Translations under genes and position numbers: made by a program
The notes under the pieces: generated by a model
Database searches by the model: none
What the model saw: the letters and a program-made list of their open reading frames with translations, nothing else
Told to the model about the DNA's origin: nothing
Part shown: positions 1-9,878 of the stretch, piece by piece
How the letters are laid out: each line of letters begins with the position of its first letter
Numbering within the stretch: the stretch's first letter is position 1
Source: Actinomycetota bacterium
GTDB lineage: Bacteria > Actinomycetota > UBA4738 > HRBIN12
Reading direction: 5' to 3'
Assembly (NCBI GenBank): GCA_050998695.1
Contig: JBPCPX010000157.1
Location: 1-43,310, forward strand
DNA length: 43,310 nt

Positions 1-3000
1 CGGAAGACGTCGAGGAGCGCTTCGGCTTTCGAGAGATCCCCCAGCAGCAACGCCGCCTCCACGGCCGTCACGACCGACTCCTTCACACGATGGTCTCCGA
101 GCGACAGGGATCGTTGGCCTTCCATCGCTTCCTCGGCACTGCGAAGGGCCCCCGATGCGTCCCCCTGCGCGAGGAGGAGATCCGCCCTCGCGATCATGTA
201 CTCGGTCCTCTCCTGGAGATCGGCGGACGTCTCCAGCACGGTGAACCGCTCGAGATGGATGGCCGCGCCCTCCAGGTCGCCGCGATGAACCTTCAGCATC
301 ACGCCGGTCGCGACGTACCCCTGGCAGAAGGCCGCGCGCAGATGAGAGAACCAATCGGCTGGGAGCTCGCCCATCATCGCGACGGCTTCGTCCCACCGAC
401 CCATCGCGAATCGCGGATAGGCGAACCCGAGCAGGATCGATTCCCAGTAGCGGTTCCCGACCCGCCTCGCCAGATCGAGACCCTCGTCGACGAACCGGGT
501 CGCCTCCGCATACCGGTCGGCGTTCTGGGTGAGATCGGCCAGGTTGTTGTAGGCACGGAGCGCCGCCGACGGCTTGTCGTGCTCGAGGGCGATGTCGAGG
601 GCGGTCATGAGCAGCGACATGCCCTCCTTCGGTCGATCGCGGGAGTAGAGGATCAGCCCCTTCGTCGTCATCGCCTGTGAGAGGACCTCCGGGAGATCGA
701 GGGCTTCCGCGATCTGCAGCGCCTTCTCGATCCGCTCGTCCGCGTGCTCGGGATCGCCGGCGAAGAACGTGAAGCGGCCGAGTTGGGCCGCGAGCGCCGC
801 GAGATCCTTGTCCTGCGCCTCCGCCGCGAGGACCTCGAACGCGCGATCCATCACCTCGAGCGCCTCCTGGAGTCGCCCTCCGTCCCACATCCGCTCGGCC
901 AGCCGCGCCGACACGCGAGCCGCGGGATGCGTCGCACCCTGGGATTCGAATATCTCGATCGAGCGCTTGAAGTGTTCGGCGGCGATCGTGTCCACTCGCT
1001 CCGCCGCGAGTGCCCCGGCGCGCTCGTGAAGCTCCGCGGTCGTGGTCGGGTCGTCGCTCAGTTCGATCGCGCGCTCGGCGTACCGCTGTGCCTCCTCGTT
1101 GGCCCCGAGCGACGCCGCTCGCTCGCTCGCCTTCTCGAGGGTCTCGAGCGCATCGGCCTTGATCGCTCCCGCATCGTCGTCATCGGGAGCGGCGAGGTAC
1201 GCATCGAGGTAATGAGAAGCGACGACCTCGACGATCTCGTCTTCGTCGGCGACGGATCGGAGGTAGGAGGCAGCCGCCAGGTGCCGTGACTTGCGTTCCC
1301 GCTTCGACATCGTGTCGTAGGCGACCTTCTTCACGAGGTCCTGGAGGAACCCGTACTGGCCGCGATCCGACATCAGCGGGTCGATCGAGATCGAGAGCAC
1401 TTCCTTGCGGACCAGCGAGCCGAGGAGCGTCGCGACCTCGTCCTCCATGAGCCCCGTGATCGCCGCCAGACCCTGCCGGGTGAACGTCCGTCCCAGGACG
1501 GCGGCGTCCTGGAGCACTCGCCGCTCAGGTGGGTCGAGACCGTCCAGCCGAGCGGCGATCAGCGCCTGGAGCGACTCGGGCACCTCGATGGTGTCCACGG
1601 AGCCCTCGAGCCGGAACGCGCCGTTCTCCCGGACGAGGATCCCTCGGTCGATCAGCATCCGGACCGTCTCCACGGCGTAGAAGGGGATCCCCTCGGCGCG
1701 CTCGAGGATCCGCGCCCGGACGTCCTCGGGGAGCCCGGGGATGGGATCGCGGAGCAGGGAGTCCATCTGCTCGGTCGGCAGTGGCTCGAGGAAGATCGAG
1801 GTGAAGTTCCGCGTCCCGCTGCCCCATCCGGGCCTGCGTTCGGAGAGCTCGGGTCGTGCGAGCGTCACCACGAAGATGGGACGGTCGCGCGACCAGTCGA
1901 CCAGATACTCGATGAAGTCCAGGAGCGCGCTGTCGGCCCAGTGGATGTCCTCGAACACCATCACGGACGGCCCCTGGTCGGCGATCCGCTCGAAGAAGAT
2001 CCGGCATGCGGCGAACAGGTTCTCCTGGTCCCCGGCGCCCGCTTCCTCGAGACCGAGGAGGTGCGCGAGGCGCGGCCCGACGAATCGCCGCTCCGCCTCG
2101 TCCGGGATGTGTTTCCTGATCGACCCGGTGAGCTTCGCGAGCGCCGACGCGGACTCCTCGTCCTCCAGGATGCCGGCGCGGCCGCGCACCATCTCCGCGA
2201 GCGCCCAGAACGCGACGCCCTCCCCGTACGCGAGACAACGGCCCTGATGCCACCACACGTCTTCCGCGAGCCCGTCGATGTACTTGTTGAACTCCCAGGT
2301 GAGTCGCGACTTCCCGATCCCCGCGACCCCCAGTACGGAGACCAGGTGCACCTTCCCGTGATCGGCGGAGTCGTGGAACAGTTCCTTGATCATCCGGAGC
2401 TCGCGGTCGCGGCCGGTGAAGGTCGGCTCCAGGGCGGTGGACCTGGTCGCAGCCCTCCGGAGCCCGACGACGCGGGACGCCCGGTACAACTCCACCGGGG
2501 CTTCCTTCCCCTTGAGCTCGAAGGAGCCGGCCGGTTCGTAGGCGATCGTCTCCTCGGTCGTCCGCATCGTCGACTCGCCGACGAGAACCGAGCCGGGCGT
2601 CGCGACGGACTGGATCCTCGAAGCGGTGTTCACGAGGTCGCCGGCCACCATGCCCTCGTGTTCGGCCCCGAGCGAAACGGCGGCCTCGCCGGTCAGGACC
2701 CCGGCCCGCGCGCGGAGGTCGGGCGCGCCTTGTTCTTCGCCCAGGTTCTTCACCAGCGCGGTGAGCTCGAGCGCCGCGCGAACCGCGCGCTCCGCGTCGT
2801 CCTCGTGCGCGATCGGCGAGCCCCAGAGCGCCATCACGGCGTCGCCGATGAACTTCTCGACCACGCCGCCGTATCGCTCCACCACCCGACGGCTCTCGTC
2901 GAAGTAGCGGGACAGAAGCTCGCGGACCTCCTCGGGATCCCGCGACTCGGAGAGCGTCGTGAAGCCCACCAGGTCGGCGAACAGGACCGAGACGAGGCGG

Positions 3001-3209
3001 CGCTCGGTGGTGGGCGCGTCTCGCCGATCTGCGTCCGGGGCGCCGGTGTCCGCGGTCGACGTGAGCGGCGTCCCGCACTGTCCACAGAACCGCTGGCCAG
3101 GGGAGTTGGAGGCACCGCACGACACGCAGAGCGAGGCAAGGGCGTTGCCACACTCACCGCAGAACCGCTGTCCGGCCGCGTTCTCGTTGCCGCACCGCGG
3201 GCAGTGCAT
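1..3209 (-). CDS. Adenylate/guanylate cyclase with double zinc ribbon, AAA (STAND-like) ATPase and TPR-like C-terminus; runs off the left edge
   Basis: Absent from the ORF track because it has no stop in the window. Hand translation from ATG 3209 gives MHCPRCGNEN..RFCGECG..CVSCG..RFCGQCG (double zinc ribbon), VLFADLVGFT, EKFIGDAVMA, GDLVNTASRIQ (class III cyclase), GVAGIGKS (Walker A), VFEDIHWAD (Walker B), GIPFYAVE. Both ends checked by hand are in the same frame. Confidence 0.93.
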   Translation of the reverse strand, partial: MHCPRCGNENAAGQRFCGECGNALASLCVSCGASNSPGQRFCGQCGTPLTSTADTGAPDADRRDAPTTERRLVSVLFADLVGFTTLSESRDPEEVRELLSRYFDESRRVVERYGGVVEKFIGDAVMALWGSPIAHEDDAERAVRAALELTALVKNLGEEQGAPDLRARAGVLTGEAAVSLGAEHEGMVAGDLVNTASRIQSVATPGSVLVGESTMRTTEETIAYEPAGSFELKGKEAPVELYRASRVVGLRRAATRSTALEPTFTGRDRELRMIKELFHDSADHGKVHLVSVLGVAGIGKSRLTWEFNKYIDGLAEDVWWHQGRCLAYGEGVAFWALAEMVRGRAGILEDEESASALAKLTGSIRKHIPDEAERRFVGPRLAHLLGLEEAGAGDQENLFAACRIFFERIADQGPSVMVFEDIHWADSALLDFIEYLVDWSRDRPIFVVTLARPELSERRPGWGSGTRNFTSIFLEPLPTEQMDSLLRDPIPGLPEDVRARILERAEGIPFYAVETVRMLIDRGILVRENGAFRLEGSVDTIEVPESLQALIAARLDGLDPPERRVLQDAAVLGRTFTRQGLAAITGLMEDEVATLLGSLVRKEVLSISIDPLMSDRGQYGFLQDLVKKVAYDTMSKRERKSRHLAAASYLRSVADEDEIVEVVASHYLDAYLAAPDDDDAGAIKADALETLEKASERAASLGANEEAQRYAERAIELSDDPTTTAELHERAGALAAERVDTIAAEHFKRSIEIFESQGATHPAARVSARLAERMWDGGRLQEALEVMDRAFEVLAAEAQDKDLAALAAQLGRFTFFAGDPEHADERIEKALQIAEALDLPEVLSQAMTTKGLILYSRDRPKEGMSLLMTALDIALEHDKPSAALRAYNNLADLTQNADRYAEATRFVDEGLDLARRVGNRYWESILLGFAYPRFAMGRWDEAVAMMGELPADWFSHLRAAFCQGYVATGVMLKVHRGDLEGAAIHLERFTVLETSADLQERTEYMIARADLLLAQGDASGALRSAEEAMEGQRSLSLGDHRVKESVVTAVEAALLLGDLSKAEALLDVF

Positions 3210-3310
3210 GCCGTCCCCTTGAGCGGTCATCGAGGGTCAGGGTAACCCGGGCATGATGCGCGCGGCCGCGAAACGGCTTCGCTGGTCCCGGCCTTTCAGT
3301 CAGGGCCGGT

Positions 3311-6300
3311 TCAGGCGCACCCGTCCTGGAGGCGCAGGTATTGGCGACACTCGTCGTCGGTGAGCCCCCTCGTCAGTTCCGACCGCGCGATATCGATCAG
3401 CTCGTCGAGGTTCAGCGTCCACACGCGGGCGACGCCGTCCGGAGCCGTCGACACCAACCGCTTCCCGTCGGGGCTGAAGTCGACTCCCGTCACGAGGAGC
3501 CCGTGGCCGCGAAGTACCAGCTCGCGCCGTCCGGTCCGTGCATCGAAGATCGCGACGGTTGCGTCCTCCCCGGCGGTCGCGATCCGCTTGCCGTCCGAGC
3601 TGAACGCGATGTCCTGCACCCTGCCGGCATGGGCCCCGAACCGGCGGAGGCGCTCACCGGTCGCCACGTCGCGGATCTCGACGCTGCCGTCGAAGAGCCC
3701 GGCGACGATCGTCGACCCCGTCGGATCGAAGGCGAGCGCCGACGCACCGACGACGTCGAGGGTGTCGACGATCTCGCCCCGCTCCCAATCCCAGATCGAC
3801 ACGCGGCTCGTGTCCGGGTTCTTCTGGTTCAACGTCCCGGTGGCGACCATGCGACCGTCCGGGGAGAACGCGAGCCACTCGACGGTGTGGGGCTCCGGTT
3901 CGTAGACGACCTGAGCCCTCTTCCCGCGGCTGTCGAGGATCGTCAGGCTGCCGTCGAAGCTGCCTACGGCCAGGTGCTGCCCGTCGGGGCTCCAGTCGAT
4001 CGAGGAGATCGCGTCGTGCGGCACGACGACGGTCTCGAACACGCGATCCCCGCTGTCCGGGTCCCACGCCGAGACGGTGCCGCCGAAGTTCCGGACCGTC
4101 GCCACTCGCGTGCCGTCACGATCGACGGCGATCCTCCAGACCGGCTCCTCGGGTCCGCCGCCGGGCCCGAGGCTCGTCGCCCCCGTGCCGTCAACCTCCC
4201 AGATCGACGCGGCACCGTCCTCATGCGAAGCGACGACGCGGCCGTCGGGGAGGAACGCGACGTCGACCGGCGCGAGGTAGTCGGTGGGGAGGTTCACGAC
4301 CTCCTCGTCACCGTGCACCGACAGATCCCAGATCTGGATCGCGCTGATCTCGACGTCACCGGTGAGGACCCGCTGCCCGTCGGGCGAGAAGACCGCGAAC
4401 AGCGCCGATTGCGTCTCCTGCGCGGCCAGTGTGAACATCGCCCTCCCCTCGACCTCGATGCCCTGACCCGTCCGGTGCTCCTCGAACTCCCACACGCGCG
4501 CGGTGCCGTCGCTGCCGCCGGAGACGAGCCTGCGCGAGTCCGGTGCCCAGTCGACGGTGTTCACGATGCCGGTGTGTCCGACGAGCCGCTCCTCGAGTTC
4601 CCCGGTCGCCGCGTTCCACACCCGGATCGACGAGTCGCCGGCGCCCGTCGCGATCCATCGCCCGTCGGGGCTCCACGACACGGTGTTGACCGAATACCGA
4701 TGCTTCGGGAGCACGTAGACGAGGTCGCCCGTGCCGACGTCGAAGATGCGGGCCTCGTCCCAGCCGATCATCCCGACCAGGACCCGCCGCCCGTCGGGAC
4801 TGAGCGCCGTGTCCCACGGTCCTCGGTCCAGGCCGTCGACGGTGCGGACCAACGTGCCGCTGGTGGGATCCGCGATCCGGACCACGCCCTCGTCGGGCCA
4901 CGACGCCGCGACGAGCGCTCCGTCGGCGTCGAACGACTGTCCGACCACACCGCCCTCGCCGCGGACGGTCGAGATCGGCTCGCCGCTCCCCGGGTCCCAG
5001 ATGCGCAACCGACCGTCGTCGCCGGCTGTCGCAAGCAGCGAGCCGTCCTCGGAGAAGCGGACGTCGTTCACGTCGATCTCGTGCCCGTGCCACGTCCGCA
5101 CACGCTCGCCCGTCGACGCGTCCCGGAGGTCGATCGTGCCGGTGTTCTCGAGTCCCTCCGTGACGAACACCCCGCCCGCGCTCCAGTCCACGGTCCCGCC
5201 GACGTCCGGCACGGTCAGCGCGACGCGCGAGGCGACCACCGCGCGGTGCAGCGCCTCCTCGGCCTCCGGAAGCACGCTGCCGTCGGCGTTCCGCGTCAGA
5301 TCGATCGCCTCCAGGGCGAGGAGGATGCTGCGCTGGGGATCGACGTCGAGGTTCGCGACGGAGGCCGCTGCGAGCTCGCGCGAGGTGGCGTTCCGTCGCT
5401 CCTGTTCCGCGCGTCCACGTTCGCTCGTGGCGAACACGGTGAGGCCGATGGCGACGAGCGCGGCGATCCCGAGCACCGCGACGAGGGCGCGGAGCCGCCG
5501 GAACGATCGGCGTTCGAGCTCCTCTTCATGGGCGCGGCGAGCCTCCTCGTCGGCCGTCCTTCGGTCCCGCTCCGCGCGCGACGCGTCGAGGTACTCCCGT
5601 TCCTCGGGCGTGGCGGCGATCCCCGATCCCTCCTGCCACGCCTCCGCCTGCTCCAGCCGCGAGCCGCCCAACAGGAACGAGGGATCGCGGTCGGCCTCGA
5701 TCCAGTCGCGCGCGGCCGCGGCCACCCGCCGCTCCGACCGAAGATCCTCACGCGCATCGTCGATCCAGCGGTGCAAGCGTGGCCAGGCCGTGAGCATGGC
5801 CTCGTGCGCGAGCTCGATCATCGGGGCGCCGGTGCGGGCGTCTCGGTCGAACGACAGCTGCCGCGACGCCCCGAACGTGTCGAGGACGGTCGCCATCGCC
5901 TGCTGGTCGACGTCTAACGAGGCGACCTCCGAGCGCGGCACCCGCCGCCTCGTGTCCTCGGTCCCCTCCCCGAGGGCGACCAGGCGGAGGAACAGCTGCC
6001 GGGCTGCTTCCTGGCCGTCGTCGTCGTGCTCGGCATAGAGCTCCTCGGCTCTTCGCCCGAGCGCTCCGGACACGCCGCCGATCTCCCGGTACGCCTCGAG
6101 GAACAGGACCCGGCCGTCGCGTCTTTCGAAGAGCTCCGTGAGGGCGTACTCCATCAACGGGAGCGCTCCGGGCTCCTCGGCGACGTCGGCCAGCATCGCG
6201 GCCACGAGCCCCGGCTCCAGCGAGACGTCCACGCGCTTCGCCGGACCGGAGATCGCCCGCTCGAGCTCCTCGGCCGAGAGCGGGATCACCGCCTCGACCC

Positions 6301-7516
6301 GGGACTTGAACAGCTCGGCGAACCCCCGGTAGAGCAGCGGTCGGTCGTAGAAGTCGGCCCGCAGGGTGACGACCACGCGCAGGCGACTCCGTGGGTCGGT
6401 GGCGGCGGCCTCGAGGCTCCCGAGGAAGTGGGTCCGCGCTGCCTCGTCCTCCACGAGCGTGAACACCTCTTCGAACTGATCGATCACGAGGACGAGTTCG
6501 CTCCCGTCGGACGGGAGGAGCCGAAGGACGGCGCGGTGCAGTCCGTGCTCATCGCGCTCGAGCTGCTCCATGAGGCTCGCCGGTGGATCCGGCGCGGCGC
6601 GAAGGAGCGCCGCCTCGAGCCCGTCCAACGGGTGGCCGCCCGGGAACATGTCCGCGATGTGCCAGCCCTCCGAGCCGGCGATCGCGCCGCGCCGGATCGC
6701 GGGGATCAGCCCGGCTCGCACGACCGAGGACTTCCCGCTCCCGCTCGGGCCTACGACGGCGAGGAACCGGGTGTGGCCCAGCCGTTTGATGAGCTCCTCG
6801 ACGAGCTCTTCCCGGCCGAAGAAGTCCTGCGCATCGCCCTCCTCGAACGCGCGGAGGCCTTTGTAGGGATTCGCGGTCATGGCACCGGGAACCGCTGGGG
6901 TAAGCCGGGCGGCGGACGAGCCGAGCGCCCGGCGGAACGCCATGTCCTCCGCCGCGTCGTCAGCCTCCGCCCGCAGCCTGATCACCTGCACGGGATCGGC
7001 GAGGCCCTTGAGACTGACCGACCCTCGATCCACGTAAGCGACGCCGTCGACCTTCCTCGCGAGGTGCGTGACGGCCGGGCTGGCGAGGATCTCAGCGGGA
7101 GCGGCGATGCCGCAGAGCCGGGCCGCGAGGTTGAGCGCGCCGCCCCGGTAGCCGCCCTGGACGGCCACGGCCTCGCCGGCGTCAAGGCCGATCCCAACGG
7201 CGAGCGGGAGTGTCGGGTTCGCCACGGTCTCGTCTACGAACCTCCGCTGCAGCTCGACCGCCGCTCGGATCGCTTGCCGAGCCGAGTCGAACACCGCAAG
7301 GGCCTCGTCGCCGCGCAGCTCGACGACGGTGCCGCCGCGGGCCTCGACGCCTTCGCGCGCAACGGTTGCGAACTTGCCTGCGAGCTCCGCGGCCGCCTCG
7401 TCCCCGCGCTCCTGAGTGAAGACCGTGTATCCGCGAACGTCCGCGATCAGGAACGTCCGGATGTGAGCGCCATCGGTGCCGACGCTACCCCCGGCCGGCA
7501 GGTCCTCCTCGACCAT
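3311..7516 (-). CDS. Class III nucleotide cyclase - nSTAND1 NTPase - TM helix - WD40 repeat protein
   Basis: FLIADVRGYT, ELRGDE, ALNLAARL (cyclase); NPYKGLRAF..FFGRE, GPSGSGKSS, VIDQFEEVF, LRADF, GALPL, ELAHEA (nSTAND1); hydrophobic LRALVAVLGIAALVAIGLTVFA; many GH..WD/FSPDG repeats. Start placed at MVEED, 6 nt after a CATAAT -10. Confidence 0.93.
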   Translation of the reverse strand: MVEEDLPAGGSVGTDGAHIRTFLIADVRGYTVFTQERGDEAAAELAGKFATVAREGVEARGGTVVELRGDEALAVFDSARQAIRAAVELQRRFVDETVANPTLPLAVGIGLDAGEAVAVQGGYRGGALNLAARLCGIAAPAEILASPAVTHLARKVDGVAYVDRGSVSLKGLADPVQVIRLRAEADDAAEDMAFRRALGSSAARLTPAVPGAMTANPYKGLRAFEEGDAQDFFGREELVEELIKRLGHTRFLAVVGPSGSGKSSVVRAGLIPAIRRGAIAGSEGWHIADMFPGGHPLDGLEAALLRAAPDPPASLMEQLERDEHGLHRAVLRLLPSDGSELVLVIDQFEEVFTLVEDEAARTHFLGSLEAAATDPRSRLRVVVTLRADFYDRPLLYRGFAELFKSRVEAVIPLSAEELERAISGPAKRVDVSLEPGLVAAMLADVAEEPGALPLMEYALTELFERRDGRVLFLEAYREIGGVSGALGRRAEELYAEHDDDGQEAARQLFLRLVALGEGTEDTRRRVPRSEVASLDVDQQAMATVLDTFGASRQLSFDRDARTGAPMIELAHEAMLTAWPRLHRWIDDAREDLRSERRVAAAARDWIEADRDPSFLLGGSRLEQAEAWQEGSGIAATPEEREYLDASRAERDRRTADEEARRAHEEELERRSFRRLRALVAVLGIAALVAIGLTVFATSERGRAEQERRNATSRELAAASVANLDVDPQRSILLALEAIDLTRNADGSVLPEAEEALHRAVVASRVALTVPDVGGTVDWSAGGVFVTEGLENTGTIDLRDASTGERVRTWHGHEIDVNDVRFSEDGSLLATAGDDGRLRIWDPGSGEPISTVRGEGGVVGQSFDADGALVAASWPDEGVVRIADPTSGTLVRTVDGLDRGPWDTALSPDGRRVLVGMIGWDEARIFDVGTGDLVYVLPKHRYSVNTVSWSPDGRWIATGAGDSSIRVWNAATGELEERLVGHTGIVNTVDWAPDSRRLVSGGSDGTARVWEFEEHRTGQGIEVEGRAMFTLAAQETQSALFAVFSPDGQRVLTGDVEISAIQIWDLSVHGDEEVVNLPTDYLAPVDVAFLPDGRVVASHEDGAASIWEVDGTGATSLGPGGGPEEPVWRIAVDRDGTRVATVRNFGGTVSAWDPDSGDRVFETVVVPHDAISSIDWSPDGQHLAVGSFDGSLTILDSRGKRAQVVYEPEPHTVEWLAFSPDGRMVATGTLNQKNPDTSRVSIWDWERGEIVDTLDVVGASALAFDPTGSTIVAGLFDGSVEIRDVATGERLRRFGAHAGRVQDIAFSSDGKRIATAGEDATVAIFDARTGRRELVLRGHGLLVTGVDFSPDGKRLVSTAPDGVARVWTLNLDELIDIARSELTRGLTDDECRQYLRLQDGCA

Positions 7517-7522
7517 GGGCGG

Positions 7523-7528
7523 ATTATG
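7523..7528 (-). promoter_or_regulatory. -10 element (CATAAT) of a probable leaderless transcript
   Basis: CATAAT lies 6 nt upstream of ATG 7516 and no SD is visible. Confidence 0.55.
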
Positions 7529-7721
7529 CCCTGGGGGCGGCAGCGGTTCATAGGGGACTCGAGGCAACGCCGTTTGCCGGTGCCAAGAGGGGGGATCCAT
7601 CGGTCACCACCGGAGGGAGGGTGACATGCAGGCGAGCCGGAGCAGGGCGGCGGCCAGCAAGAGGAACAGCCGAAGAAGATGTACTCACGCCACTCCGAGG
7701 AGGTCCCGGTACCGTGTCGCG

Positions 7722-8629
7722 ATGAGTGAGACGTCGGCGGGCCGCAGGGCGCCCTCGCGCGCGGTCACGATCTCCCGGCCCGACAAGGAGCTGTGGCCGG
7801 ACATCCCGGTGACCAAGCAGGCATACGCGGAGTACCTGCGATCGGTCTCGCCGAACATGCTCCCCTGGTTGCGCGATCGGCCGCTCACGATGGTTCGAGC
7901 TCCCGACGGCGTGACCGGGGAGCGGTACTTCCAGAAGGCCGCTCCCACGTACGCGCCCGCGTGGGTCATGACGACCCGCATCCCGGCGCCGAGCGCCAAA
8001 CGAGATGTCGACTACGTGGTGTGCCAGGACCTTCCCACGCTCACGTGGCTCGGGAACCAGGCCGTGTTGGAGTTCCACTCCGCGCCGGTGCGGCGAGATC
8101 GCCTCGATCGTCCCGACCTCATGGTGATGGACATCGATCCTCCGGAGGACCAGTTCGAGATGGCGGTGGAGGTCGCGTTCCTGGTCCTGGAGGTTCTCCA
8201 CGACCTGGGCCTGCCGAGCGGCATCAAGACGACCGGAGGGAAGGGTCTGCATATCGTTGCGCCGATCGAACGGCGGGTGGACCAGTCGGCGCTCCGTGGC
8301 GCGTCGCGAGCCTTACCGCGATCGTCGTCGGGCGCAGGCCCGACCTCGTAACCGATGCGTTCCGGAAGGTTCGCCGTGAAGGACGGGTGATGCTGGATCC
8401 CTCCCGGAACGGCACGGGCGCGACGATCGTGGCGCCGTATTCACCTCGAGCCCGAGACGACGCCACCGTGTCGTTCCCCGTCACCGCCGACGAGCTCCGG
8501 TCGATCTCGCCGGAAGACTTCACGCTCCGAACGGTGCCTGCGTCCCTCGCTCGACCCGGGCCGAAGCGGTGGAGCGCCCTCGTCGGCGAGCGCGGCCGGC
8601 TGCCGAGCCGACTCCTCCGTTCTGAGTAG
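7722..8629 (+). CDS. ligD: LigD-type primase-polymerase domain protein (NHEJ), frameshifted near 8302
   Basis: ISRPDKELWP, RAPDGV..YFQK, WLGNQAVLEFH, DIDPP, KTTGGKGLH in one frame. RKVRREGRVMLD..NGTGATIVAPYSPRAR..VSFPV continues in another frame after an apparent 1-nt deletion. Confidence 0.85.
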
Positions 8630-8635
8630 ACAGCC

Positions 8636-9766
8636 TCAACCGGTGGACCAGCGGAGGAGAGCGCCGACACCGTCGTGGAGCGCGGGAGCACCCTCGAGCA
8701 CGCGGATCCCGGCACCCGTGCCAAGCGCCGCGCGGACCAGCACGTCGCGCGCGGGCTCCTCCTCGGGCGAGTCCACGCCGAGGTCCTTCAGCTCCTGCTC
8801 GGAGGTCGCCAGCAGCGCCGGATCCGGACCGAACCAGAGCTGAGCCTCCTCGTCGCCCTCGTCCGCGACCAGCAGGACCGCGACCTGCGCACGCGCGAGG
8901 GCTCGGGCCGTCCCCGCCGCTCCTTCGACCGCCTTGTCCTTTTGGCCCCGCTCCTCCTCGAACCGCGCGAGCAGTCCCTCGCCCGTCTCGCGCACGTGCT
9001 GCTGGACCAGCGCCCACACATCCTCCGGGACGGGATCGTCCTCCTCGAGCTTCCTCGGGATCTCCTTCTCGATCACGTGGACGAGCGCGTCGACCTCCTT
9101 CGGTAGCGACTCCCGCAGGAGCCCGACAGCGCGGACGTCGCCAACCACCGCGACGAACACCGGCTGTACCTGGAGGACGAGCCGTTCCACCGCCGCGGCC
9201 ACCTGCTCGGCGTTCTGTTCCCAGCTGTCCTCCGCGCGCTGCTGGTAGCGCCGCTGCGACCAGCCACCGGCCTGGACCTTGCGGATCTCGTTGTGGTCGC
9301 CCTCGATCTCCGCGTGGAGCTCGGGCGAGCCGCGGCGGACGCCGAAGAGGTCCGCGCCCCTCCTGTCGATCTGTACCACCACGTACGGAGGCTCGGACTG
9401 ACGCCATCGGATGATCGGAAGCAGTCGAGGAAGCGGACCCCAGGTCGCTTCGTCGTTCGGGCTTTCGGCTGGACCGTGTTCGGTGTGGACGATCTGCTCG
9501 ACGCCCCCGATCACGGCGAGGCTGTTCCCCTCGAGGTGAGCCTCGGGGACGAGCCCCTCGATCTCATCGAGGAGAGCAACCGGGACGTCCTGCGTCTCGA
9601 GCTCCGAGCGCTTCGTCTTCCAGCGCGCCTGCGACCGCTGCGACGCGTTCTCCACGTCTGGTTCGGTGTTGAGGTAGAGCGAGAGGAACGGGCCCGACGA
9701 TCGCGCGAGCTCTGCCAAGTCGGACGCTTCGACGGCGCCGTGCGGAAGCTTCTCGGAGGTCTCCAT
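8636..9766 (-). CDS. baeRF2-family (bacterial archaeo-eukaryotic release factor-like) protein
   Basis: SLYLNT, DRRGAD, IRKVQAGGWSQRRYQQRAE loop, C-terminal ARDVLVRAALGTGA..GVGALLRW typical of eRF1-like domain 3. Confidence 0.85.
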   Translation of the reverse strand: METSEKLPHGAVEASDLAELARSSGPFLSLYLNTEPDVENASQRSQARWKTKRSELETQDVPVALLDEIEGLVPEAHLEGNSLAVIGGVEQIVHTEHGPAESPNDEATWGPLPRLLPIIRWRQSEPPYVVVQIDRRGADLFGVRRGSPELHAEIEGDHNEIRKVQAGGWSQRRYQQRAEDSWEQNAEQVAAAVERLVLQVQPVFVAVVGDVRAVGLLRESLPKEVDALVHVIEKEIPRKLEEDDPVPEDVWALVQQHVRETGEGLLARFEEERGQKDKAVEGAAGTARALARAQVAVLLVADEGDEEAQLWFGPDPALLATSEQELKDLGVDSPEEEPARDVLVRAALGTGAGIRVLEGAPALHDGVGALLRWSTG

Positions 9767-9878
9767 ATCGGACTCCTTCCCGTAGCGAGCTCAGCGTAAC
9801 CGCTTGAGCTGCAGCGTCGTTGCCGTTCTTCGTGAGCCGAACCTAGACTCGGGCCACGGCGATAGCAGGGGATCGCGC

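Noticed and set aside
1525-3153. 542-aa minus-strand ORF in the track
   Set aside because: Arg-rich off-frame reading; the true cyclase frame starts at 3209 and runs off the window.
3311-5200. Repetitive DNA as a possible CRISPR array or repeat element
   Set aside because: Explained by WD40 coding repeats; no identical repeats with unique spacers were seen anywhere in the window.
3311-7516. Calling the cyclase-STAND genes a Pycsar, CBASS or Avs defence island
   Set aside because: No cyclic-nucleotide effector gene, other defence genes or mobility genes are adjacent; kept only as a hypothesis.
90-7624. Long plus-strand ORFs (1941-3245, 3341-5917, 6026-7624 and others)
   Set aside because: Antisense shadows of the real minus-strand genes, expected in high-GC DNA; no recognisable motifs.
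7560-7710. Possible short membrane-peptide remnant on the minus strand (SEWREYIFFG / LFLLLAAALL)
   Set aside because: No start or SD, needs a frameshift, and is too short to support.
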